From positions 160,001-224,000 of the forward strand of contig CAWGMA010000004.1 of assembly GCA_963823555.1 (NCBI GenBank): DNA of 64,000 bases, in the 5' to 3' direction. This document shows positions 40,288 through 48,785 of the stretch, piece by piece. The translations under genes and the position numbers were made by a program. The notes beneath the pieces are model-generated. The model was not told the origin of the DNA, did no database searches, and saw nothing but the letters and a program-made list of their open reading frames with translations. The stretch is from Candidatus Eiseniibacteriota bacterium. Lineage in GTDB: Bacteria > Eisenbacteria > RBG-16-71-46 > CAVPCR01. Numbering within the stretch: position 1 is the first letter of the stretch; each line of letters begins with the position of its first letter.

Positions 40288-40317
40288 TCAAGAGCCAGGA
40301 TTCAGGGAAGGAACAGC

Positions 40318-42156
40318 ATGTCCAAGCCGATTGGAATCGACCTTGGAACCACCAACAGCTTGGTCGCCTTTGTCACGGCGGATGGCGTGCGTGTACTGCC
40401 CGATGCCGACGGGAACCGGCTCTTGCCCTCGGCCGTGCATTATGCGGCGGACGGTCGCATCACGGTCGGCCTCCGGGCGACGGAGGCGGCCCTCGAAGAG
40501 CCTTTCGATACCATTCTCTCCGTCAAGCGGTTCATGGGGCGGAGCATGGCTGAGCGCGACAGGGCGCGCGGGATTGCTCCATATCGCTTCACGGAAGAGG
40601 ATGGTCCCATCGTGCGCTTTGTGGCCGGCGGTCGTGAAGTGAATCCGATGCAGGTCTCGGCCGAGATCTTGAAGGCGCTCAAGGAGCGCGCGGAAATGGC
40701 GATCGGCGAGGAAGTGCGGGATGCGGTGATCACGGTTCCGGCGTATTTCGATGATGCCCAGCGGCAAGCGACCAAGGATGCCGGCCGGCTGGCCGATCTC
40801 AACGTGCTGCGCCTTCTCAACGAGCCTACCGCGGCGGCGCTGGCCTACGGATTGGATGCGCGACCGGAAGGGATGTTCGCGGTCTACGACCTGGGCGGCG
40901 GGACATTCGACATCTCCGTTCTCAGGCTGGTGCGAGGCGTCTTTCAGGTGCTCGCCACCGGTGGCGACTCCCATCTCGGCGGTGATGACTTCGACCGCGC
41001 GCTGGCTGAGCACTGGATCGCTCGACTCTGGCCTGGGCACGGGGTCGACGATCTCGATCCGCGTGCGCTCCGGCGGTTGCTCGAGATGGCCGAGCAGGTG
41101 AAGATCGCCCTGTCGCAGGCCGAGGAGACGACGGTCAACGTGCCGCCGCTGCCTGGGTTGCCGGGAGGCGGTCATCTCTCCATCACGCGATCCGAGTTCG
41201 AGGACCTGATCCGCCCCGTCGTCGAGCGGACGGCGGCACCTTGCCGCCAGGCGCTCCGTGATGCGGGAATCACCCCCGGCGAGCTCGCCGGCGTGGTCCC
41301 TGTCGGTGGCTCGACCCGCGTGCCGCTCGTACGCGCAACCATGTCCCGCCTGTTCGGTGTGGAGCCCCTCACCGGTATCGATCCCGACGAGGTGGTGGCG
41401 GTCGGAGCCGCGCTCCAGGCCAACCTGCTTGCCGGCAAGGGGGGTGGGGATCTCCTGCTGCTGGATGTGATCCCGCTCTCGCTGGGCATCGAGACCATGG
41501 GCGGCGTCGTTGAGAAGATCATCCCCCGCAACTCGACGATTCCGACCAGCGCCACCCAGGTCTTCACCACCTACGCAGATAACCAGACCGGGATGGACAT
41601 CCATGTCGTGCAGGGCGAGCGTGAGCTGGCCAGCGATTGCCGGAGTCTGGCCAAGTTCACGCTCAAGGGCATCCCGCCGCGCCCGGCTGGCATGTGTCGG
41701 GTGCGAGTGACCTTCCAGGTGGACGCCGATGGTCTCCTCACCGCCGGTGCCCGGGAGGAGGAGACCGGGATCATGCAGTCGGTGGAGGTCAAGCCTTCCT
41801 ATGGACTCACCGACACCGAGGTCGAGCAGATGCTGCTCGCATCCTTCGAGCATGCCGAGGAGGACGTCAAGGCGCGCTTTCTGCGCCAGTCCCGCATCGA
41901 AGGCGAACGTATCCTGCATGCGCTGGGCGATGCCCTCACCAAGGACGGAGAGCGTCTGTTGAGTGCGGAGGAGCGGGCCGCGATCGAGGCCGTGGCCGGG
42001 GAGCTCCGCGCCGCGCTCGCGGATGAGGACTACACGAAGATCCAGGAGCTCTCCAAGCGCCTTGATGAGATATCGGCGGCGTTCGCCGAGCGGCGGATGA
42101 CCGAGTCGATTCGCAGCATTCTCGTTGACCGGAAGGCGGCGGACGTGGAGCTCTAG
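40318..42156 (+). CDS. hscA: Fe-S chaperone Hsp70
   Basis: [61 protein letters not shown]...DCRSLA and VKPSYGL. Confidence 0.95.
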   Translation: MSKPIGIDLGTTNSLVAFVTADGVRVLPDADGNRLLPSAVHYAADGRITVGLRATEAALEEPFDTILSVKRFMGRSMAERDRARGIAPYRFTEEDGPIVRFVAGGREVNPMQVSAEILKALKERAEMAIGEEVRDAVITVPAYFDDAQRQATKDAGRLADLNVLRLLNEPTAAALAYGLDARPEGMFAVYDLGGGTFDISVLRLVRGVFQVLATGGDSHLGGDDFDRALAEHWIARLWPGHGVDDLDPRALRRLLEMAEQVKIALSQAEETTVNVPPLPGLPGGGHLSITRSEFEDLIRPVVERTAAPCRQALRDAGITPGELAGVVPVGGSTRVPLVRATMSRLFGVEPLTGIDPDEVVAVGAALQANLLAGKGGGDLLLLDVIPLSLGIETMGGVVEKIIPRNSTIPTSATQVFTTYADNQTGMDIHVVQGERELASDCRSLAKFTLKGIPPRPAGMCRVRVTFQVDADGLLTAGAREEETGIMQSVEVKPSYGLTDTEVEQMLLASFEHAEEDVKARFLRQSRIEGERILHALGDALTKDGERLLSAEERAAIEAVAGELRAALADEDYTKIQELSKRLDEISAAFAERRMTESIRSILVDRKAADVEL

Positions 42157-42190
42157 CCGGCCGGGTCGCGGCGCGGCGGACCCGGCCGGC
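42156..42190 (+). terminator. GC-rich hairpin immediately after hscA
   Basis: GCCGGCCGGGTC...GACCCGGCCGGC, a 12-bp stem; no U-tract. Confidence 0.5.
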
Positions 42191-42221
42191 CAGGCGGCGG
42201 CCGGCCCCGTTTGGAATCGGC

Positions 42222-42359
42222 TTGGCACGCGCCCGGACCGGCTGCTACATTGCCAGCCCCCTTCCGTAAGAGGAGGGGCCGAGTTTTGGGCGACCAAGGG
42301 CGCGGTAACGCGGAGTTGCGGCCACTCCGCGACCGCCCCGAGGTCGCCCTTTCTTCTTC
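42222..42359 (+). promoter_or_regulatory. Promoter plus structured leader (two hairpins and a pyrimidine tail) before iscX
   Basis: TTGGCA-18 bp-TACATT with extended TG; hairpin 42256-42279; 62-nt rod 42288-42349 followed by TTTCTTCTTC. Confidence 0.45.
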
Positions 42360-42441
42360 AGGGGATGTTCACCGGCGGGGCATATACCCCAGCCGGGAGG
42401 TTCCAGTCGCCTGCGGTGTCATCAGCTCGATCGGGGAGGAA

Positions 42442-42648
42442 ATGACCATGGGAATCAAGTGGGTGGACACGCGTGAGATTGTCGAGTTGTTGCTCGAAAA
42501 GCACCCCGACGTCGATCCGATGGCGGTGCGCTTCACGGATCTTCATCGTTGGGTCTGCGAACTGCCCGGATTCGACGATGATCCCATGCGTTCGAACGAG
42601 AAGATCCTCGAAGCCATCCAGATGATGTGGCTCGATGAGGTGGACTGA
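42442..42648 (+). CDS. iscX: Fe-S assembly protein IscX
   Basis: IKWVD..EI...[48 protein letters not shown]. Confidence 0.95.
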   Translation: MTMGIKWVDTREIVELLLEKHPDVDPMAVRFTDLHRWVCELPGFDDDPMRSNEKILEAIQMMWLDEVD

Positions 42649-42828
42649 GATGGAGAAAGTGAGCGGGGGCAACGCGTGTGGGTAATTTGGCCCCCACAAA
42701 TCACTTGTCTCGGAATGAGCTGGTAGCGTACGATGATGGAGGTCGCGGCCGAACGGGCGCCGCCCCGAGCGGCCCCAGATGCCTCGACTTCCCAGTCGAT
42801 CTCGCGCTCCTCCAGAACCGGACCGACC

Positions 42829-43254
42829 ATGGCGACCACCCGCAAGCTCTTCACCGTCGAGGAAGCCAACGCCCTCGTTCCCTATCTCCAGAAGACGATC
42901 GACACGTTGCAGCACCAGGTTCGCGATGTGGTCCGGCTCAAGCGGCAGATCGAAGTCCTGAAGCTGATCTGCGATTCCCCGGTGAGTCAGCACAACGTAG
43001 ATTTCCAGGAGTTTCAGCAAAAATCGGCGCTATATCACCAACTCATCGGACAGGCGGATGCACTCATCCGCGAGGTGCGCGCCAAGGGTTGTCTGCTGCG
43101 TGATGTTCATACCGGCATCGTCGATTTCTATGCGGAGATCGATGGGCGCGTCGTCTTTCTCTGCTGGCGACGGGGCGAACCGGACATCGCTTACTGGCAC
43201 CCCGTCGGCGAAGGCTACGGACAGCGCCGGAGCATCTCCGGATTGAGGTCCTGA
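42829..43254 (+). CDS. DUF2203 domain protein
   Basis: KLFTVEEANALVP, G.LLRD...GIVDF and VFLCWRRGE..I.YWH...GY..RR. Confidence 0.85.
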   Translation: MATTRKLFTVEEANALVPYLQKTIDTLQHQVRDVVRLKRQIEVLKLICDSPVSQHNVDFQEFQQKSALYHQLIGQADALIREVRAKGCLLRDVHTGIVDFYAEIDGRVVFLCWRRGEPDIAYWHPVGEGYGQRRSISGLRS

Positions 43255-43361
43255 CCTCCGGACTCGTGGCCCGGCTCGGAGCCCTTGGCCCTCTTTTCCC
43301 GCCCTCCCGACTTCTTCACCGGCGCATCCGGATGGTAGGTCTGCCATGATGCGGCCGGGCT

Positions 43362-43416
43362 TTGACATTGACATCCGCCGAAGGCCAGTGCTATTTGTTG
43401 ATGTGTCAATCGATTC
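43362..43416 (+). promoter_or_regulatory. Promoter of the transketolase-like operon with tandem TTGACA and an overlapping IHF-like palindrome
   Basis: TTGACATTGACA-18 bp-(TG)c TATTTG; CTATTTGTTGATGTGTCAATCGATTC. Confidence 0.5.
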
Positions 43417-43524
43417 AGGACGTTACCTGCTGTCTCTCAACTGTTCAGAAAACAAGAGACCGACTTCAGGGAGTATCGATCAGGTGCCTCGAGCGTCATG
43501 GACGTGAGGTGCGGGGAGGAGATC

Positions 43525-44406
43525 GTGCCGCGGCTCAACTACAACGCTAGCCAGCTGGAGGAGAAGGCGCTGGACGTGCGCCGGAACATCGTCACCGCGC
43601 TGGCGCTCCATCCGATCGTTCCCGCGGCTGGAGCGCTCGCCGGCGCCGACCTCCTGACCACTCTCTTCTTCTACGAGATCAACTTCAAGCTCGACCAGCT
43701 CGACTGGGCTGAGCGCGACATCTGGCATGTGTCCTCTCGGGTTCTGGCCCCTGCGCTGCACGCAGTGATGGCCGAGGTCGGCTATTTCCCCCGGCGCGAT
43801 CTCCTTCGGCTCGGGGATGTCGGGCATCACCTCGGGAGTCTTCCCACATCGCTCACCCCGGGTGTCGAGGTGTCTGCGGGTGCACCGGGCGCCGGTCTCT
43901 CGATCGCCTTGGGGATCGCGCTTGCTTCGCGCCTCGACGCGAATCCGCGACGCGTTTATTGCGTCATGGACGACGAGGAGATCCAGACCGGTCAGGCTTG
44001 GGAAGCAGCGATGGCTGCCGCCCAGTTCGAACTCGACAACATCGTGCTGGCCGTGGATCTCGATGGGAGACAATCCGACGGCGACATCGAGGAGATCGTG
44101 GGTCTGGCGCCGCTGGCCGAGAAGTTCAGGACCTTCAACTGGCATGTCCTCGAGGTCGACGGCAACGATCTGGCCGAGCTTGTCGAGACCTTCAACCGGT
44201 CGCGCAGCCTGCGCCGTGCGCCGACGGTCATCCTGAGCTGCACGGCCAGCGGCCGTGGCGTCAGCCGGCTCGAGGAGGCGGCTGAACCAGTGCCCACGGC
44301 CATCGACGCGGATGCGCTCCACGAACTGGGGACGACGCTCGAGGACTGGCGACACCGGCTTGAGGCTGGGGACGAATCGAAGACAGGGGGAGGAGGCCGA
44401 CGTTGA
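43525..44406 (+). CDS. Transketolase N-terminal-subunit homolog lacking ThDP-binding and catalytic residues
   Basis: GGAGGAG RBS and GTG start; scaffold motifs ERD, GYFP, TPGVEVS.G..G.GLS.A.G.ALA, RVYC, GQ.WEAAM, LDN, F.WHV.EVDG and PTVI are present; GDGE is replaced by DDEE and the catalytic His residues are absent. Confidence 0.88.
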   Translation: MPRLNYNASQLEEKALDVRRNIVTALALHPIVPAAGALAGADLLTTLFFYEINFKLDQLDWAERDIWHVSSRVLAPALHAVMAEVGYFPRRDLLRLGDVGHHLGSLPTSLTPGVEVSAGAPGAGLSIALGIALASRLDANPRRVYCVMDDEEIQTGQAWEAAMAAAQFELDNIVLAVDLDGRQSDGDIEEIVGLAPLAEKFRTFNWHVLEVDGNDLAELVETFNRSRSLRRAPTVILSCTASGRGVSRLEEAAEPVPTAIDADALHELGTTLEDWRHRLEAGDESKTGGGGRR

Positions 44407-45392
44407 ACGAGACGAACATGCCGACTCAGGATGTCGGGGTCGCGGCCGCGGAGAAGGTCCCCGGTCGCTCACCCGGGGACGCCTTCATCCAGCGGCTCGT
44501 GGAACTGGCCGCTCATGACCCTCGCCTCACCCTGCTGACGGCTGATCTCGCCCTCGAGGATCGTCTGGGTCCGTTCGCCGAGGCTCATCCCGAGCGCTTC
44601 CACAATCTGGGGGCGGCGGTGCGCAATGCCATCGGAGTGGCGGCCGGAATGGCGGCTGCCGGGAAGGTGCCTGTCGTCGTCGTGAGGGGGGATGCCGTGG
44701 CGGGGGCGGCCGATCTGGTGGCCAGCTTGGCCCACAGCCGGCTCCCTGTGCTGGTGGTCGCCATGCCATCCGGTTTCGAGTGTCGAGCGGCAGGGAGTCC
44801 TCTGGCGTTCGCCGATCTGGCGGCGATGCTCGCCATCCCCGGGCTTCGCGTCGTGGCGCCGGCGGATGCCGACCACAGTGCGATGGCGTTGCCTGCCCTC
44901 CTGGCTGCCCCCGGGCCGACCTACTTCCGCCTCAAGCGGGATCCGCATCCTGTCCTCTTCACCTCAGAGGCGCCGCTCGAGCTCGGGGTCGCCGCGCAGG
45001 TCCGAGATGGCAGGGATCTCACCCTTGTCGCCGCCGGTGGCCTGGCCGCGGAGGCGCTGGAGGCGTGCTCGCTCCTCGAGGCCGAGGGTCTGAAGCCCCG
45101 GCTGCTCGTCATGGAGACCCTCAAGCCGCTCGATACGGCGGCGGTCCGCCTCGCCGCCAGGGAGACCGGGGGTCTTGTGATTGCAGAGGACCACCTCCTC
45201 AGCGGAGGGTTGGGGGCGGCGATCGCCCAGGATCTGGCCCGGTTCCACCCCGTCCCGATCGAGTTCGTGGCCGTTTCGGACGAGGTGGATCCTGCTCACG
45301 GCTCAGAAGCAGCGAGCCTCCAAGCCGCCTATCACGTCGATCCTCAGGCCATGGCGGCCGCAGCCCGGAAGCTCCGGGGGCGGATGCGCTAG
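44403..45392 (+). CDS. Transketolase C-terminal-subunit homolog lacking catalytic Glu and His
   Basis: LTADL, F...HPERF.N.G, GVAAGMA, IPGLRVVAPAD, GP.Y.RL.R, G.DLTLVA.G, TLKPLD and EDH...GGLG; GIAEQ is replaced by GAAVR and DG.THQ is absent. Start overlaps the upstream stop. Confidence 0.88.
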   Translation: MNETNMPTQDVGVAAAEKVPGRSPGDAFIQRLVELAAHDPRLTLLTADLALEDRLGPFAEAHPERFHNLGAAVRNAIGVAAGMAAAGKVPVVVVRGDAVAGAADLVASLAHSRLPVLVVAMPSGFECRAAGSPLAFADLAAMLAIPGLRVVAPADADHSAMALPALLAAPGPTYFRLKRDPHPVLFTSEAPLELGVAAQVRDGRDLTLVAAGGLAAEALEACSLLEAEGLKPRLLVMETLKPLDTAAVRLAARETGGLVIAEDHLLSGGLGAAIAQDLARFHPVPIEFVAVSDEVDPAHGSEAASLQAAYHVDPQAMAAAARKLRGRMR

Positions 45393-45493
45393 CTGGCCCC
45401 GGGGGGCCACTGGGGGACGGCGGGGCCCGAACAGAGCATGCTCGTTGAAGGTGATAGGATGTGGAGAGTCGGGGCCGACAGGGAGGACCTTCG

Positions 45494-45910
45494 ATGCCCG
45501 GTCACACCTCGCGTGACGCCGCCGATCCGCCGAGGATCGATCGCGCCGGCCTGATCAAGAAGATCTCGCTTACCATCGTCCACGTATCCGATCTCCAGCG
45601 CGCGGTCCACTTCTACCACGACCTGCTCGGCCTCAAGCTCATTGCCCGTACCTCGGAGTGGGCCGAGTTCATGGTCGGAGATTGCCGTCTGGCGCTCCAG
45701 TCCGGCGCCGATCCCACAATCGAGCTGTCGCATCGAGCCGCGGGCTATGTGAGCTTCAGCTTCGAAGTGGATGATGTCGTCGAGGCCTACGAGGTTCTGA
45801 AGGCCGCCGGGGTCGAGTTCATCCGCCCGCCGGCTGAGCAGGACTTCGGCATGCTGGCGGTGATGCGCGATCCCGATGGTCGCGAGATCATGCTCTTCGA
45901 GCCCAGCTAG
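45494..45910 (+). CDS. VOC/glyoxalase-family protein
   Basis: VSDLQRAVHFYHDLLGL, FEVDDV..AY..L...GV.F and RDPDG..I.L.E. Confidence 0.9.
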   Translation: MPGHTSRDAADPPRIDRAGLIKKISLTIVHVSDLQRAVHFYHDLLGLKLIARTSEWAEFMVGDCRLALQSGADPTIELSHRAAGYVSFSFEVDDVVEAYEVLKAAGVEFIRPPAEQDFGMLAVMRDPDGREIMLFEPS

Positions 45911-45970
45911 GTCCGAGCAAGGTCCATTCTCACGCGCGCTGGTCGCGCGGATCGTCTCCGGAGGTGAGGC

Positions 45971-46312
45971 ATGCGCATCACGGTCCAGGAGGAATTCGAG
46001 GGCGGAGTGATCCTCGCCCTCCAGGGTGATATCGTTGGTGGTCCGCACGCCGATGATTTCTACAAGACCATCCACGATCTAATCGAGAGTGGCAAGACCA
46101 CGGTCCTCATCGACCTGGCCAAGGCCAAGCGCTCGAACTCCTCCGGTCTCGGCATTCTGATCCGGGGCTACGTTTCCCTCCGGAACGCGGGCGGGACGAT
46201 GCGCGTCTACAATCTGACCGAGCACGTCGATCACATGTTCAAGATCACGCGCTTCAATTCCATCCTCGAGGTGTATGACACCGAGGAAGAAGCGCGGCGG
46301 GGTCGGGCCGAG
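45971..46312 (+). CDS. STAS-domain anti-sigma-factor antagonist; expected stop codon missing, so the called ORF runs on to 47050
   Basis: L.GDI.GG, VLIDL....NSSGLGIL, MF.IT.F..ILEVYDTEEEA; the STAS domain ends at about residue 112 and the rest is antisense to hcrB. Confidence 0.85.
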
Positions 46313-46345
46313 CCCTTCCCGACCCGGTCACCCCCCGCCCGTTCG

Positions 46346-47344
46346 CTACGCCGTGTTCGTGCCTTGCCGCGCTTCGGCGACGAGAGCGCCGAGGATCCGG
46401 CGCAGGTAGACCCCGACCATCCGCTTGCGATAGGTCGGGCTCAGCGGCACGTTGTTGTACGGTTTCACGCGAGCCATGACCTGATCGGCGATCTCCGCCA
46501 GCATTTCCGGGTTCGGGTCCTTCCCGCAGAAGCTCGCGGTGAGTTCCTCGAAGGTGCGCGGCGTCGTGTCGACGGCACCTACTGCCGACGTGCAGCTCGG
46601 CCAGGCGGCCCCCGGCATCGAGCCGGAGCGACCGCGGCGGCCCCCATGGCCGGAAAGTCGATCGCGTCGCGGATGCGGAGCTTCGATGTAGCCGGCGGCG
46701 AGCCGGCGAGCGGCGGGCGGGATGTCGATGAAGGTGAGCAACTCATCGGCATGCCGCCCATGGCGGGCGATGCCGTCGTGGCGGTAGAACTCCCGGATCG
46801 GTACCGTCCGCTCGCCGGATGCCGACCGGAAGTGGAGTTCGGCGTCCAGCGTGATCAGGACCGGGGCGAGGTCGCTCGAGTTGGTCGCGTAGCACACCTC
46901 CTTCTGCGGCACCACCAGGCAGACGTCCCCCTCGGCCTTGAGGCAGTACCCCTTCGACTCACGCCAGAAGAGGCTCTGGTTGAAGTAGAAGCAGCGTGTA
47001 TCGAGCAGGAGATTGCCCCCCAGGGTCGCTTGTTCGATGATGAGGGGTGAGGCAACCTGGGCGGCCGTCTCGGCGATGACGCGGAGCTCGCTCCGGATGG
47101 TCGGGTGGCGGGCCAGGTCGGCAAGCCGGGCCATCGCGCCGAGACGCTCGGGGGTGATGGCGCGGAGTTCCGCGATCTGTTCCAGGCTCACGACGTGCGG
47201 TTTGGCGTTCAACCCCTGCTTGTAGTTGGGGAGGAGGTCGGAGCCTCCGGCCAGGACATCGCAACCGCGGCCGTGGCGGGCCAGGAGTTGAACGGCCTCC
47301 TCGATGGTGCGGGGCTGATGCAGTTCGAAGGGGGGAAGAATCAT
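46346..47344 (-). CDS. hcrB: FAD-binding medium subunit of a xanthine-dehydrogenase-family enzyme, 4-hydroxybenzoyl-CoA reductase beta (HcrB)-like; local compensating indels
   Basis: LAGGSDLLPNYK, ATLGGNLLLDTRC and the [4Fe-4S] insert C..FNQS.FWR...C...C...C; KLRIRDAIDFP is read in another frame near 46650-46685. Confidence 0.8.
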   Translation of the reverse strand: MILPPFELHQPRTIEEAVQLLARHGRGCDVLAGGSDLLPNYKQGLNAKPHVVSLEQIAELRAITPERLGAMARLADLARHPTIRSELRVIAETAAQVASPLIIEQATLGGNLLLDTRCFYFNQSLFWRESKGYCLKAEGDVCLVVPQKEVCYATNSSDLAPVLITLDAELHFRSASGERTVPIREFYRHDGIARHGRHADELLTFIDIPPAARRLAAGYIEAPHPRRDRLSGHGGRRGRSGSMPGAAWPSCTSAVGAVDTTPRTFEELTASFCGKDPNPEMLAEIADQVMARVKPYNNVPLSPTYRKRMVGVYLRRILGALVAEARQGTNTA

Positions 47345-47438
47345 GATCGGAGCGCATTCTAGCCCAAAGCCCGGAGCTTGGGGGCCGGGAGCCATCCGGG
47401 TCTTCCCCGGGCCCAGGCCGTTCGCGGACGGCCTGGCG

Positions 47439-48785
47439 TCAGGGCTCGGTGCCGAGCCAGGTGGCCAGGGGCTCCACGTCCTTCTCGAGGACGAGCGTCC
47501 CGTCCGGCTCGAGAGCCACGGCGCGGCCGGTGGGGCGCATGAAGCGGTGGGCGTAGCTCAAGGTGTATGCGCCCTGGTTCAGGTAGGCGAGCACATCGCC
47601 CGTACGCGGTGGGGCGCCGAGGATCCCATCACCGAGGAAATCTCCCGGATCGCACAGCGACCCGTAGCAAGGCATGGCGGCCGGCGCCAGATCGCCGGGA
47701 CTGGAGAGGTTCACGACCGGGAACGCCTCGGTTCCGAATCGATCGTAGCCAACGAGGCTGGTCGAGCCGTCGAGGATCGCCATGCCCTCCTTCACGGTAT
47801 AGACGCGCATGAGGAGGTGCATGGCCTTGGCCACGAGGAAACGTCCCGGCTCGATCGCCGCCGTGACCCCGGCGACCCAGGGAAAGCGCTCGCGCGCCCA
47901 GGCGAAGGCCGCGCCCAGGCCGGCCATGTTGTCGGCGAGCGGTGCGGGTGGCGGAGCGTCGGCGGCGTACCGGATGCCCCCGAGCTGACTCGACGCGCTC
48001 GTGCCTGGCTCGTGCGTCGGTGCCTCGCGCTGCGCGCTCTCGCCCTGAGGAACGAGTCCGCCACCCAGGTTGACGAGCTCGATCCTCCGCTTTCCCTCGG
48101 CCGTGAGTGCGCGATCGACCGCCGGCAAGATCTCCTCGAGCAGACGCCGGTAGTGCCCGGGTTCGGGAACCGGTCCGCCGTGGATATGGAGGCCCGTGAG
48201 GTCCAGCCGGGCCGCGCGCAACAGCGGTAGAAACTCGGCGAGCTCGTCGGCGGCGACACCGAAGCGGGCCCATGGCGTGCGCTTGACCCGCGGCGGCCGG
48301 AGCCGGATCCCGATCGGCCAGCGCGTGGTGCCATGGGCATCGAGCCGGGCCCGGAGGGTCTCGACCTCGTTCCGGTTGTCGATCTGGATCACGATGCGTC
48401 CGGGGTGCGCGAGCGCGAGATCGATCTCCGCCGCCGTCATCGCCGGCCCGTTGAGCGTGATTCGCTCGGCTCCCACCGCCAGCGCTAGCTCGAGTTCGGG
48501 GAGGCCGCCCACTTCGGCGCCGAATCCGAGGGATGTGAGCTCACGCAGCACGCGCGGCAGGTAGTTCGCCTTGTAGGCGTAGAGGATCGTTGCCGGCTGC
48601 CCGATCCCGGCCATCGCCTGACGCAGCGCGCCCGCGTTGGCGCGGAGGGCGCGCACATCGAGCAAGTACTGCGGCGTGCCGAAGCGCTCGACGCTGGCGA
48701 GGGCCTGTTCGCGAACGGCAAGGAAGCGCCGAGCCTCCGTGGCGAACGGATCGCCGGCGGCTGTGGTCCGGGCCGAATCGCTCAT
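47439..48785 (-). CDS. PLP fold-type III decarboxylase (diaminopimelate/ornithine decarboxylase-like)
   Basis: FGTP.Y, YAYKAN (PLP Lys), GLHIHGG, NLGGG, EPGRFL, CDPGD and GAY. Confidence 0.85.
   Translation of the reverse strand: MSDSARTTAAGDPFATEARRFLAVREQALASVERFGTPQYLLDVRALRANAGALRQAMAGIGQPATILYAYKANYLPRVLRELTSLGFGAEVGGLPELELALAVGAERITLNGPAMTAAEIDLALAHPGRIVIQIDNRNEVETLRARLDAHGTTRWPIGIRLRPPRVKRTPWARFGVAADELAEFLPLLRAARLDLTGLHIHGGPVPEPGHYRRLLEEILPAVDRALTAEGKRRIELVNLGGGLVPQGESAQREAPTHEPGTSASSQLGGIRYAADAPPPAPLADNMAGLGAAFAWARERFPWVAGVTAAIEPGRFLVAKAMHLLMRVYTVKEGMAILDGSTSLVGYDRFGTEAFPVVNLSSPGDLAPAAMPCYGSLCDPGDFLGDGILGAPPRTGDVLAYLNQGAYTLSYAHRFMRPTGRAVALEPDGTLVLEKDVEPLATWLGTEP

Noticed and set aside
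42211..42441. N-terminal extension of IscX
   Set aside because: IscX homology starts at 42442/42448, which has its own GGAGG RBS; the upstream open frame overlaps a promoter and hairpins.
45971..47050. 359-aa STAS fusion protein
   Set aside because: The extension is the antisense of hcrB and begins in an indel-rich patch; a lost stop codon is the simpler explanation.
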